A DNA stretch of 64,000 nt, from positions 125,324 to 189,323 of the forward strand of contig JBDKJY010000005.1 of NCBI GenBank assembly GCA_039796295.1. Direction: 5' to 3'. The translations under genes were made by a program, and so were the position numbers. Shown one piece after another: positions 38,618 to 48,221 of this stretch. This DNA comes from Verrucomicrobiota bacterium. Lineage in GTDB: Bacteria; Verrucomicrobiota; Verrucomicrobiia; Limisphaerales; SXTU01. The notes below the pieces were generated by a model. That model searched no databases. It was not told the DNA's origin and saw only the letters and a list, made by a program, of their open reading frames with translations. Each line of letters opens with the position of its first letter. The stretch's first letter is position 1.

Positions 38618-39445
38618 ATGATTTCCGTCCTGATTTTCACGAAGAACGAGCAGCAAGACCTGCCCGCCTGCCTGGCTTCCGTCGCGTGGTGCGACGACGT
38701 GCATGTTCTGGACTCCTTCAGCACTGACCGGACCGTGGAGCTGGCGCGTAACGCGGGGGCACACGTGACGCAACGGACGTTCGACAACTGGGCGGCGCAC
38801 CAAAACCACGCGGCGCGGGAATTGCCGTTCAAACACCCGTGGGTGCTGCACCTGGACGCGGACGAGCGCGTGCCGGCGGGGCTCGCGGAGGAATTGCGTC
38901 GGATCGACGCCAACGACCCGCATGCGGCCTACCGCATCCGGCGGCGGGATTTCTTCTTCGATGGAGCGTGGTTGAAATACGTGCAGGTCACGCCGTGGTA
39001 TGTGCGGTTGTTTCGGCCCGGCAAGATTCGCTACGAACGGCTGGTGCATCAAGTGGCGGTGGTGGACGGCGAAACCGGCGAGCTGAAGGAGCCGTTCGAC
39101 CACTACCCATTCAGCAAGGGCATCGGCTTCTGGCTCGAACGGCACATCCGCTACGCGGCAGTGGAGGCGAGCATGCTCGTGCAGCACAACCGCGAGCCCG
39201 GCTCGTGGCGGACCGCGTTGTTCGGCGCTGATTTCCACCAACGCCGGGTGCATCAGAAACGGCTGTTCTATCAGATGCCTTGTCGCCCGCTGGTGAAGTT
39301 CCTCTATCTGCTCCTCTGGCGCCGCGCGTTTCTGGATGGCCAGGCGGGGCTGGCGTATGCGCTGCTAATGGCGATCTACGAATACTTCATCGTCCTCCAC
39401 ACCCGCGAACTGCAACTGGCCCAGCGGGGGACCGCTACCCGATGA
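38618..39445 (+). CDS. glycosyltransferase family 2
   Basis: MISVLIFTKNEQQDLPACLASV...VLDSFSTDRT...LDADE (DXD). Confidence 0.85.
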   Translation: MISVLIFTKNEQQDLPACLASVAWCDDVHVLDSFSTDRTVELARNAGAHVTQRTFDNWAAHQNHAARELPFKHPWVLHLDADERVPAGLAEELRRIDANDPHAAYRIRRRDFFFDGAWLKYVQVTPWYVRLFRPGKIRYERLVHQVAVVDGETGELKEPFDHYPFSKGIGFWLERHIRYAAVEASMLVQHNREPGSWRTALFGADFHQRRVHQKRLFYQMPCRPLVKFLYLLLWRRAFLDGQAGLAYALLMAIYEYFIVLHTRELQLAQRGTATR

Positions 39446-40707
39446 ACGTCACGGTCTGGGGCATCAACTACGCGCCGGAGCTGACGGGCATCGCGCCTTA
39501 CAACGCGGCGCTCTGCGAGTATCTGCAACGGCACGGCCACAAGGTGCGGATGGTCACGAGCTTCCCGTATTACCCCGCTTGGAAGAAGCAGCCAGCCGAC
39601 GCGGGCCGGCTATTCCGCACCGACGAGGCGAACGAGGTGACGGTGCATCGCTGCTGGCACTACGTTCCCCGTCGCCCCGGCACACTGAAGCGCATTGTGC
39701 ACGAGGCCAGCTTTGTGGGCACCTCGTTGCTCCGGCTGCTGTGCTTGCCGCGCGCAGATGTGCTCGTTGTGGTGTCGCCGCCGTTACTCCTCGGAGCGGC
39801 GGCGTGGCTGCTCACGCGGGTGAAGCCGGCCCCCGTGGTCTTCCATGTGCAGGACATGCAGCCGGACGCCGCGCTCGGGCTGGGCATGCTCAAGCCGGGT
39901 AGGTTCATGCGGATGCTCTACGCGTTGGAAGCGTTTGCCTACGCGCGCGCCGCACGGGTGTCGGCCATCAGCCGTGGCATGCTGAAGGCGATGACGGGCA
40001 AAGGGGTTTCCGCTGAACGGCAGATTTACTTTCCCAACGGCGTGGTGCTCCCCGACACGAAGCCTGAGTCGGGCCGCTTTCGCGCACGGCATGGACTGCG
40101 GGCGGATGATTTCATGGCGGTCTATTCGGGCAACCTCGGCGTAAAGCAGGGGTTGGAGGTGTTGATCGAGGCCGCCGCGCGCGTGACGAATCCGCGAATC
40201 CAAATCGTGATTTGCGGCGACGGCGCGATGCGGTCTCGGCTGGAGGAGCGCGTGCGGGAGTTGAAGCTGGGCAACGTGCGGCTGCTGGAATTACAGAGCG
40301 AACCGCACTACCTGGAGATGCTCGTGGATGCGGACCTCACGCTCGTCACGCAGCAGAGCGGCTCGGGGGCGTTCTTCTTCCCGAGCAAACTGCTGCGGAG
40401 TCTCGCGCTGGCCCGGCCAGTCCTGACGGTGGCGGACGATCAGAGTGAGCTTGCCCGTGCGCTGGCGGAAGGCGGCTTCGGTGTCAACGTGCCGCCGGGT
40501 TGCGCCGAGTCATTGGCGCGCGCGCTGGACGGGCTGGCGGCGGTGCCGGAACGGCTACGGGGGTTCGGCGTGGCGGGCCGACGCTTCGTCGAGCAGTTCG
40601 AGCTGGAGCGAGTGCTGCGAGATTTCACGGCCCAACTGACGGCGTTAACCCATCCTGGCGGTTTGCTCTGCGGGATTTCAAAAACGGGTTGCGAGGTGGC
40701 TGAATGA
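39442..40707 (+). CDS. WcaI-family glycosyltransferase (GT4)
   Basis: ATGA overlap start; MNVTVWGINYAPELTGIAPYNAALCEYLQRHGHKVRMVTSFPYYPAWK is characteristic of the WcaI type. Confidence 0.8.
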   Translation: MNVTVWGINYAPELTGIAPYNAALCEYLQRHGHKVRMVTSFPYYPAWKKQPADAGRLFRTDEANEVTVHRCWHYVPRRPGTLKRIVHEASFVGTSLLRLLCLPRADVLVVVSPPLLLGAAAWLLTRVKPAPVVFHVQDMQPDAALGLGMLKPGRFMRMLYALEAFAYARAARVSAISRGMLKAMTGKGVSAERQIYFPNGVVLPDTKPESGRFRARHGLRADDFMAVYSGNLGVKQGLEVLIEAAARVTNPRIQIVICGDGAMRSRLEERVRELKLGNVRLLELQSEPHYLEMLVDADLTLVTQQSGSGAFFFPSKLLRSLALARPVLTVADDQSELARALAEGGFGVNVPPGCAESLARALDGLAAVPERLRGFGVAGRRFVEQFELERVLRDFTAQLTALTHPGGLLCGISKTGCEVAE

Positions 40708-42242
40708 ACCTTGGATCCCTAATTCCCGCTGGCGTGGTGCTCGCGCTGGTGTGGCTTCAATTGTTCAACCAACTGCGCTCCGACTGGGCGATCAATCCGC
40801 AGTATGCCTTTGGGTTCGCTGTGCCGCCGCTCGCGCTGGCGTTACTCTGGCGACGCTGGCACCTGCGCCCCGCGCCTGCGCCGGGTGGGTGGAACGCGCT
40901 GGCGTGGCTCAGCGGAGCGCCGCTGCTGCTGCTGCCCATCCGGTTGATTGAGGAGGCGAATCCGGAGTGGCGGTTGGTGCTCTGGGGGCACGCGCTGCTT
41001 TTGACCGGGTTCACCCTCGCACTGTTGCAGCACGCTGGCGGCACGGCGTGGCGACGGCACTTTGCGCTTCCCATCTTGTTCCTGCTCGTCTCGGTGCCTT
41101 GGCCGATGATGTTGGAGCAGGCGGTCATTCAGAACCTCATGCGCGGCGTGGCGATGGTGACGGTGGAACTGGCGGGCTTGGCGGACATCTCGGCGCTGCG
41201 GCACGGCAATCTCATCGAGATCAGCGCCGGCCTCGTGGGCGTGGACGAGGCGTGCAGCGGCGTGCGCTCGGTCCAGACCACGCTGATGGTCTCGCTGTTC
41301 CTCGGCGAACTCTACGCCTTCAACGCGTGGCGGCGCGGCGCGCTCGTGGCGGCGGGGATTCTGGTGGCGCTGCCGGCGAACGTGGGTCGCACCTTCTTCC
41401 TCGTGTGGGTCGCAGCACGGCAGGGCTTCGAAGCGATGCACCGGGCGCACGACGGCGCGGGCATGGTGGTCATCTCGCTCGTCCTCCCGGTGCTTTGGGG
41501 CGTGGCGTTGCTGCTTCGACGCGGGTGGAAGCCGGGTTTGGTGAGACCTCCCGCGGTTGGTGTGTCCCCGCAGATTCTGAATTGGAAACTGTCGGCGGTC
41601 CTGGTGGGCCTAGTGGTATTCGCCGAGGCGGGCACGGAGGCGTGGTATCGAGCCCACGAAGGTGGCGCGGTGGCAAATGCCCGCTGGGCGATCGCTTGGC
41701 CGACGAATCAAAACGGCTTCGGCGAGTTGGAAATCAGTGACACCGCCCGTGCCACCCTGCGGTGTGACGTGGGACGCGGGGTGAGCTGGACGGACGCACG
41801 GGCCAGCCAGTGGCAGATGTTTTTCCTGCGGTGGGAGCCGGGTAAGAACTCGGCGCAGCTTGCCAAAGGCCATACGCCGGACATCTGCCTGCCGGGCACC
41901 GGCCACAAATTGCGCGCCGAGCACGAGCGCCTGCGGATAGCCATCCACGGGCTGGACCTGACGTTCCGGCACTACGAATTCGCATCGGGCGCACGCACGC
42001 TTTTTGTCTTCTACTGCCTTTGGGAGGACCGGCAGGCCACACCCGGCAGCGACGCGGGCGAAGACGGCACCCAGAGGAGTCGCCTCGAAGCGGTGCGCGC
42101 GGGCCGGCGTAACCTCGGTCAGCAAGTGCTCGAACTCGCCGTGGACGGCCCGGTTACACCGGAGGAATCAATCGCTGCGTTGCGCGAACAGTTGGGCTTG
42201 CTGATCGCGCGCGAGGCGCACGCAACGCGAGTTCCGAAGTAA
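40704..42242 (+). CDS. exosortase fused to EpsI-family domain
   Basis: ATGA overlap start. Polytopic N-terminal half with VDEACSGVRS (catalytic Cys), PANVGRTFFLVW (Arg) and HDGAGMVV (His). C-terminal half after an extra TM: ...GHTPDICLPGTGHKL..., EpsI-like. Confidence 0.85.
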   Translation: MNLGSLIPAGVVLALVWLQLFNQLRSDWAINPQYAFGFAVPPLALALLWRRWHLRPAPAPGGWNALAWLSGAPLLLLPIRLIEEANPEWRLVLWGHALLLTGFTLALLQHAGGTAWRRHFALPILFLLVSVPWPMMLEQAVIQNLMRGVAMVTVELAGLADISALRHGNLIEISAGLVGVDEACSGVRSVQTTLMVSLFLGELYAFNAWRRGALVAAGILVALPANVGRTFFLVWVAARQGFEAMHRAHDGAGMVVISLVLPVLWGVALLLRRGWKPGLVRPPAVGVSPQILNWKLSAVLVGLVVFAEAGTEAWYRAHEGGAVANARWAIAWPTNQNGFGELEISDTARATLRCDVGRGVSWTDARASQWQMFFLRWEPGKNSAQLAKGHTPDICLPGTGHKLRAEHERLRIAIHGLDLTFRHYEFASGARTLFVFYCLWEDRQATPGSDAGEDGTQRSRLEAVRAGRRNLGQQVLELAVDGPVTPEESIAALREQLGLLIAREAHATRVPK

Positions 42243-42274
42243 CGATGGCGCAGCGTGCGGAGGTTCGCGTGGCC

Positions 42275-43060
42275 TCAGTGCTTGCGGTGCCAAAACTCGT
42301 TGCTGCCCAACGCATCGCTCTGCTCGGGAGAGCGCACGTAGCCACTACGTTCCAGCAGTTGTTGCACGTCCCGAACGGAGTGGCCCAGTTGTTCGAGTTG
42401 TGCGGGGTGCATTTCTACGATGAGGTTGTCGATCAACCCCGCTGCCAGGTGTTTGCCGAGGCTCCTCAGCGCGAAGAGTTCAAACCCTTCGATATCAATC
42501 TTCAGCACCGCCACCCGGGTGATTTGCTGGGCCTCAATCATGCGGGCCAGCGGCATGACACTCGCCTTCTGACGGGTGTGCAGGCTGCGCCGACGGCTGG
42601 GCACCGCCGTGGTGGCTCCGGTGTTCAAACTGGGATAGAGCAACATCTCGATGAACCCCGCTTCCTCACCCACCGCATACGGCAGGAGCGTGCAGTTCAG
42701 TTGCTGGTTCAGCGCGAAGTTGCGGAGGATCACCGGCCAGAGCCGGGCTTGTGGCTCGATGACGAAAACCTTGCCCTGCGCGCCGACGGCCTCGCTCGCG
42801 AGGAGCGAGAAGTAACCTTCGTTGGCCCCCAAATCGATGAACACGTCCCCGGGCTTCAGCAGCGCCAGCATGGCCGTGGAAAACTCTGGCTCGTAAGTCC
42901 CGTCCGAGAGCAGCCGGTCGCCGAAATTGCTGGCCGGGTCTAGCCAGTAGGAACGCGAACCGATGCGCACTTCGGAATAGGAGATACCCAGCACCCGCTT
43001 CAGCATCTCCGCGAATTCCACCGGACGGACTACCCGAAGCAGGAATTGCGCGGTTGTCAT
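42275..43060 (-). CDS. FkbM-family methyltransferase
   Basis: FIDLGANEGYFSLLAS...VLKIDIEGFELFAL. ATG 43060 is chosen; the listed ORF extends to 43150 and would overlap the upstream gene. Confidence 0.8.
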   Translation of the reverse strand: MTTAQFLLRVVRPVEFAEMLKRVLGISYSEVRIGSRSYWLDPASNFGDRLLSDGTYEPEFSTAMLALLKPGDVFIDLGANEGYFSLLASEAVGAQGKVFVIEPQARLWPVILRNFALNQQLNCTLLPYAVGEEAGFIEMLLYPSLNTGATTAVPSRRRSLHTRQKASVMPLARMIEAQQITRVAVLKIDIEGFELFALRSLGKHLAAGLIDNLIVEMHPAQLEQLGHSVRDVQQLLERSGYVRSPEQSDALGSNEFWHRKH

Positions 43061-43109
43061 GATTGGCGGTCGAAGGTCAGGCCGGGGAACGGTTCCCGCT
43101 CGCACGGGT

Positions 43110-44057
43110 TCAGCCGCGCGATTGGCGGCGACGGCGAAGTCTCGTTTCAAGTGTGAACAACACCGCGCACGCCGCGCTGCCGAGGCTGGCGACCAGACCC
43201 GGCTCGGGCACGGGCGTGATGAAGCCGTCGAGAAAGGTCAGGTTGTCCGTAATGCTGGTGGCGTAGAAGGAACTCTCGACCGGACTAGCTCCGCCGATGA
43301 GCTGCCAGTTTCCGTCGCTGCCGAAGTAAAGGCCGCGCGCGTCGAAGATGGCGGCGTTGAAGCCCTGGCCGTCGGTGCCGGTGAGGTTGAACTGGCCGTC
43401 CACGGAGTAGTTGATGCCGGCGAGCTGCCACACGCCGCCGCTTTGGAGGAACACCGCACCACCGCTGTCGCCGCCGCTCAGATGCGCTTCGTTCGCCCCG
43501 CCAGTGGCGCTGAAGCTGAAGCGGAGCAGGTTGCCCAAGGACGCGCCGGCGGCGGTCACGCCCGCCACGGTGTTCTGGCCCCAGCGCTGGACTTGGTCGC
43601 CGGCGCCCCAAGTCCAGCCCTTGAGCTGGCTGCTGACGGTCACGTCGCTGCCGCGTTGGGTGCCGCGACCGATGACAACGGCGCTTTGGCCCAGCGCGCT
43701 GGCGGTGCCGTCGCGATACAGCGGCGCGTAGCTGGCGAAGGTGCCGCTGACCCGCCAGACGCGAAGGTCGCTGCCGGGCGAATCAAACACGGCGGTGGTT
43801 TGGAAGCTGGAGCCGTTGTAGGTAAACGTGTCGCCGACGGTGCAGCCCAGATGTTTCGCGGTGACGAAGTAGTTCGGGGCGATGGCCGTGCCGAGCGAGC
43901 TGCCCCAAGCGCCTTGGTATTGCCAGCCGCTATCCAGCAGGCCGCCGGTGGGCGCGGTGGTGTTGAACCCCGTGTCACCGGTGCCGTAGAAGAGCACGGC
44001 GCGGGCGGGCGTCGCGCCGAGCAGGACGGGGAGCAGCAGCCAGTGGGCGATGCGCAT
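43110..44057 (-). CDS. trypsin-like serine protease with PEP-CTERM sorting signal
   Basis: Signal peptide. His region FVTAKHLG, Ser region SGGDSGGAVFL. C-terminus VPEPGLVASLGSAACAVLFTLETRLRRRRQSRG (PEP motif, TM helix, basic tail). Confidence 0.8.
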   Translation of the reverse strand: MRIAHWLLLPVLLGATPARAVLFYGTGDTGFNTTAPTGGLLDSGWQYQGAWGSSLGTAIAPNYFVTAKHLGCTVGDTFTYNGSSFQTTAVFDSPGSDLRVWRVSGTFASYAPLYRDGTASALGQSAVVIGRGTQRGSDVTVSSQLKGWTWGAGDQVQRWGQNTVAGVTAAGASLGNLLRFSFSATGGANEAHLSGGDSGGAVFLQSGGVWQLAGINYSVDGQFNLTGTDGQGFNAAIFDARGLYFGSDGNWQLIGGASPVESSFYATSITDNLTFLDGFITPVPEPGLVASLGSAACAVLFTLETRLRRRRQSRG

Positions 44058-44072
44058 GGGAACGAGGGCGAG

Positions 44073-45761
44073 TTAAGCGCCGTTCGCCCGCGCGAGCAGC
44101 GCCGTTTCCTCGGGCAGCAACAGAGCTTGGCGGGCGGCTTGCAGGAATTTCCCGGCCTCAGCGGTCTTGCCGTTGGCCGAGAGAACCAGGCCGTAATACG
44201 CAGCGATGCCGGGTTCCAGCAGTTGCTCGGGCTTCAGTTTCGCGAAGGCGGCGAGTGCGTCGGCGGACTTCTGTTGGAGATAGAGCGAGAAGGCGTAGGT
44301 GGAGACGAACACGGGATTGGTCGCGTCCGCAGCGAAGAGTTCCTGGGCCTTCTGGTGGCTGGCCTTGTCGCGGGCGTCGAGCAGCAGGCTGGCCATGACG
44401 AGGTTGTTCTTCACTGCGAGATTGTCCGGGTCCGCCTGATGGACGCGGGTGAACAAGGTGCGGAGGCCGGTGGTGTTGCCGGCTTGCGTGAGGCGCGCGC
44501 TGAGGGCGAGGAAGGCGACTTTGTCCTTGGGCCAGTTGTTGAGCACCTGCCAGAGCAACTCCTGTGTTTCGGTTTCCCATTTCCAAGTGGAGGTGATTTC
44601 CAGCAGCTCGCGCAGGCTTTCGAGGTCCTTGTCCGCCGTCTTGAGGGCCTTGCGCCACTCGACGGAGGCGGCGAGCTGGTTGCCTTGGGCGCGCAACGCA
44701 CGGGTCGCGAAGACGAGCCGAACGGGTTCGCGGCGGCCCCAGTTCTGCCCCTGGACGAAGGCGGCCAAGCCCGGCCAATCGGCCTCTTGTTCGAGCGCGC
44801 CAGCGTAGAGGGGGGCGAGGGGCAACTGGCGGCGGACCGGCTCGGGGACGAGTTTCAACCAGGCTTGCGCGTCGTCCGCCTGACCGGCGCTGCGGAGCCA
44901 CTGCGCGAGTTCAAACGCCTGCCGGGGATTCTCCTTGGCCCGAGCTTTCAGCCCCGCGAGCAGGGCCGGATACTCGTCGCGCTTGAAGCGATGGATGACT
45001 TGCAGACGCAGCAGGCTGTCGCGGAACTCCTCGGAGCTCTTGAACAAGTCCGCCGAATAGGTCAGCGCGGGCGTCGCCTGGCCGGTGCGCCCGGCGTCCT
45101 CGGTGAGCATGCGCAGGGCGTCGGCCTTGGCCGCACTGTTGGTGCGCAAGGCGAGGAGCAGCGCGCGGGCTTGGTGCTGGCGGTTCGTGTCGTTGGCCTG
45201 CAATTGCAGCGCGGCGAGCTTGAGCGGCGCGACCGTGTTGCTGGGGGCGAACTGCATGGCGGCGAGCAAGTGCGTCTCGGCCTCCGGCTCGCGGTGCGTG
45301 GGGATGCACAGCAGCGCGGAAGCCCAATGGAAGTCAAAGTTTTGCCGGGCGGGTTCCGGGACTTCCTTCAGCGCCTTGTCGGCCGTGCGGAAGTCAGTGA
45401 ACGCCAAGGCGGTCTTGGCGAGCATCACGCGGTTGGTCACGACCTCGGGTTGCAATTCTACCAGACGCTGCCGGTAGAAGACCGCGACGGGCGAGCCGGC
45501 GCGTTCCGCGACTTCGGCCATCAGGCGGCAGGTGGCCGAGTCATTCGGCGCGTTCTGCACGGCCTGCCGGATGGTGAGCACGGCCTGTTTCAAGTCGGCC
45601 TTGGCGAGGTGGTCGCGGGTCTGCTGGAGCAGGCGGGCTTGCCGCCATTGGATGTAGCCGCGATAGGAGCCGTAAAGGGTGCCAGCCAGACTGCCGATCA
45701 CGACCAATGCGATCAGGGCCAGCTTAACCAACCGCGGGGCCGGTGGTAATGAAGTGTTCAC
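44073..45761 (-). CDS. membrane-anchored TPR-repeat protein
   Basis: GTG start, N-terminal anchor LVKLALIALVVIGSLAGTLYG, then TPR-like helical repeats throughout. Confidence 0.75.
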   Translation of the reverse strand: MNTSLPPAPRLVKLALIALVVIGSLAGTLYGSYRGYIQWRQARLLQQTRDHLAKADLKQAVLTIRQAVQNAPNDSATCRLMAEVAERAGSPVAVFYRQRLVELQPEVVTNRVMLAKTALAFTDFRTADKALKEVPEPARQNFDFHWASALLCIPTHREPEAETHLLAAMQFAPSNTVAPLKLAALQLQANDTNRQHQARALLLALRTNSAAKADALRMLTEDAGRTGQATPALTYSADLFKSSEEFRDSLLRLQVIHRFKRDEYPALLAGLKARAKENPRQAFELAQWLRSAGQADDAQAWLKLVPEPVRRQLPLAPLYAGALEQEADWPGLAAFVQGQNWGRREPVRLVFATRALRAQGNQLAASVEWRKALKTADKDLESLRELLEITSTWKWETETQELLWQVLNNWPKDKVAFLALSARLTQAGNTTGLRTLFTRVHQADPDNLAVKNNLVMASLLLDARDKASHQKAQELFAADATNPVFVSTYAFSLYLQQKSADALAAFAKLKPEQLLEPGIAAYYGLVLSANGKTAEAGKFLQAARQALLLPEETALLARANGA

Positions 45762-45848
45762 AAGCCCACGATCATAAGCTGCGAACGGGTGGGCACAAGT
45801 GGCCGCGGGTGAAGTTGCCGATTTGTCACGGGCCTGTGGCCGGGGTGT

Positions 45849-48179
45849 TTATTTCGCGGCGGCTCGTAACACGGTCTCGTCGTAACGCAACCAACTGGCC
45901 GCCGCCTCGCGCCACTCGCGTTGCGCCGCATGGAGCCGGAAGCGCAGGTAGTGGAGATACGCGGGGGCATTCGGCCGGGCGACGCAGGCGGCGAGGACTT
46001 GGGCGGCGGCGGCGAGTTCCCCGGCTTGTTCGTGCCGCGTCGCCAGCAGGAACACCGCACCGTAGTCGGCGGAGTTGAGTTCGATCCGGCGACGCAGCGC
46101 GGGGATGGGTTCGAACGATTCGAGCTGGGGAAGTTTCGGCGGCTGGAGCCAGCGCGCGATGAGTTCGCACGCCGCCTCGTGCTGCTCTGAGCGCATCTGC
46201 ACGCGGGCCAGCGCGGGCCAGGCGCAGGCCAACTGCTCAGGGTGAGCCGCGATGAATGCCGGAAGCTGGTCGCGCTCCGCGTGCTCGGCCCAGAGGCGGA
46301 AGAGGAGTTTGCGCTGGGCTTCGGACCAGGCATCAAGCGGGTCGCGCAGCACGCGTTGAAGCATCTCGGTGAACAGCACGGGCGGGGCGTCCCGCAGATA
46401 GCGCAACTGCGTGGCGGGCTGGCGCGACGCCGGGGCGAGCAGCGCGCGGATGAGGCCGGGGTCGTTACGGCAGACGTTGAAGACGTGGTCAAACATCGCC
46501 TCGGTGAAGCCGCCGCGCCGGAACACTTCTTCCAAGGCCAGCGCGGTCTGCTGCGGCCAGCCGTGGTCCCACCAGTAACGTGCTTCGAGCAGCGGCAGGT
46601 CGGGTGCGTTGGGCTCCAGCGCGCGGGCGCGGGAGAAGTCGATCACGGCTTCGTTCACTTCACCGCGGCTGGCGAGGGTGACGAACGCGCGTTGGAAGTA
46701 GGGCCGCCAGTCCAGCGGGGTGAGCGCGAGCGCCTCGTCGCACAGTTGGTGCGCGCGGGGGTAATCGCGGACTTTCGTGGCGGCGTTGAAACGGTCGTCG
46801 AGCCGTCGGCGCTGCATCGTGCCGGGGAAGTTCAGGTTGAAGGTCGGCCCCAGCCAAGCTGCGAAGAGCACCAAGCTGAGGGCAGCCAAACCGATGCGCC
46901 ATCCGAGCGAGCGGGAATACTTGTCGGTTTCGGGCGGGCGCGGTTGGCACGCCGCGAGGCCCAGCAGCACCGGCCAGACCGCGCCCATGCGGTGGGCGTT
47001 CATGTCCACAAACCCGTGCAGCCACAGGCAAACTCCGGTCACGCCCGCCGCCAGCATGATCGGGCGCTCGGCTTGTCCGCCTTGCCCGACGGCGCGCCAG
47101 ACGCACCAAAACAGCAGCGCCCACGCGAGTGGCACAGCGAGCCAGCCCAACTCGGCGGCGAGGGCCACCCAGTCGCCTTCAGGATGGAGCGCGCGCTTCA
47201 TGTTCCAGGAAGCCTCGCGGTAGAAGGGAAACACGGCGTCGAAGTTGCCTGCGCCCACGCCGACGAACGACGCGGTGCGGACCAGTTGCAGGGCGTCCTT
47301 TTGGATGAGCACGCGGTAGTCGGAGAACGCGGTTTCCGGCACGTCGCCGAAGCGCTTCAATGCGGGCCCGCCAAAGATGAGAAACAGCACGCCCGCCAGC
47401 GCCACCGCGAGGCCGAGCTTTGCGGCTTCACGCGGCGTGAACTGCTTGGTCGCCACACACGCAACCATCCACGCCAACGGGCCGCCCAGCAGGATCAGGA
47501 TGCCGCTGCGGGAGCGGTTGCAAATCAGCGCCGCGCCCAGCACGAGGAAAGCCCCGAGCCACAACGCGGTGCGGCCCGGGAGCTGCATTTGATGCGACTT
47601 GCGGAAGGCGAGGCAGAAGCAGAACAGCGCGGCGGTGCCGAAGACGAACCCGGTTTCGTTGTAGTTGGGGCACGGTCCGAACGGGATGTTCGCCGGCCAG
47701 AACGGAGGCCTCCAGCCGTGCCAAAACGAGAGCAGCGAAGCCACGGCCAGCGCGGTGATGCAGGCACAGTAGAGGCCGATGATTTGCGCGCGGCGCAGCG
47801 TCCACGAGCGGGTGAAGAGGTAGTAACCCCAGAGCAGGTTCGTCAGCAGGACGAGGAGGGCTTCCAGCGTCATCCAAGGTTGCAAGGTGACGCGCGCGGA
47901 TAACTCCAGGTCCAGCGCTTCTTCTAAACGGTCCTTCACGGCTAAGCCGCCGAGCCACGCGCTGGGCAAGAAGGCACTCCCGACCAAGATCACGAGGAGG
48001 ACGGCGAGGCCGATGATGGGTAAGGGCACGCGGGCCGCTGCGCGCCGCGTGTCCAAGGCCATGAGCAGCGTGGCCGCAAAGAGGAGGGGAACCTGCGTGG
48101 GGAACTCCACCGCGCCCGCCGCCGCTGGGGCCAGCGCACTTACGGCCACCAGCCAACGGTCCAATCCTGCCGGACTCAA
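45849..48179 (-). CDS. O-antigen ligase/polymerase (Wzy_C) family membrane protein fused to C-terminal TPR domain
   Basis: TTG start. Polytopic N-terminal ~450 aa with NRSRSGILILLGG and HPEGDWVALAAELGW motifs. C-terminal ~300 aa of helical repeats. Confidence 0.75.
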   Translation of the reverse strand: MSPAGLDRWLVAVSALAPAAAGAVEFPTQVPLLFAATLLMALDTRRAAARVPLPIIGLAVLLVILVGSAFLPSAWLGGLAVKDRLEEALDLELSARVTLQPWMTLEALLVLLTNLLWGYYLFTRSWTLRRAQIIGLYCACITALAVASLLSFWHGWRPPFWPANIPFGPCPNYNETGFVFGTAALFCFCLAFRKSHQMQLPGRTALWLGAFLVLGAALICNRSRSGILILLGGPLAWMVACVATKQFTPREAAKLGLAVALAGVLFLIFGGPALKRFGDVPETAFSDYRVLIQKDALQLVRTASFVGVGAGNFDAVFPFYREASWNMKRALHPEGDWVALAAELGWLAVPLAWALLFWCVWRAVGQGGQAERPIMLAAGVTGVCLWLHGFVDMNAHRMGAVWPVLLGLAACQPRPPETDKYSRSLGWRIGLAALSLVLFAAWLGPTFNLNFPGTMQRRRLDDRFNAATKVRDYPRAHQLCDEALALTPLDWRPYFQRAFVTLASRGEVNEAVIDFSRARALEPNAPDLPLLEARYWWDHGWPQQTALALEEVFRRGGFTEAMFDHVFNVCRNDPGLIRALLAPASRQPATQLRYLRDAPPVLFTEMLQRVLRDPLDAWSEAQRKLLFRLWAEHAERDQLPAFIAAHPEQLACAWPALARVQMRSEQHEAACELIARWLQPPKLPQLESFEPIPALRRRIELNSADYGAVFLLATRHEQAGELAAAAQVLAACVARPNAPAYLHYLRFRLHAAQREWREAAASWLRYDETVLRAAAK

Positions 48180-48221
48180 CTAGAACCTCGATTCGGAACG
48201 GGACACGACACCCGGATGGAA

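Noticed and set aside
43059-45749. 896-aa ORF on the + strand
   Set aside because: It is antisense to the PEP-CTERM protease and TPR genes, which have clear motifs. Its translation is low-complexity Gly/Ala/Arg/Glu-rich, as expected for a stop-poor antisense frame in high-GC DNA.
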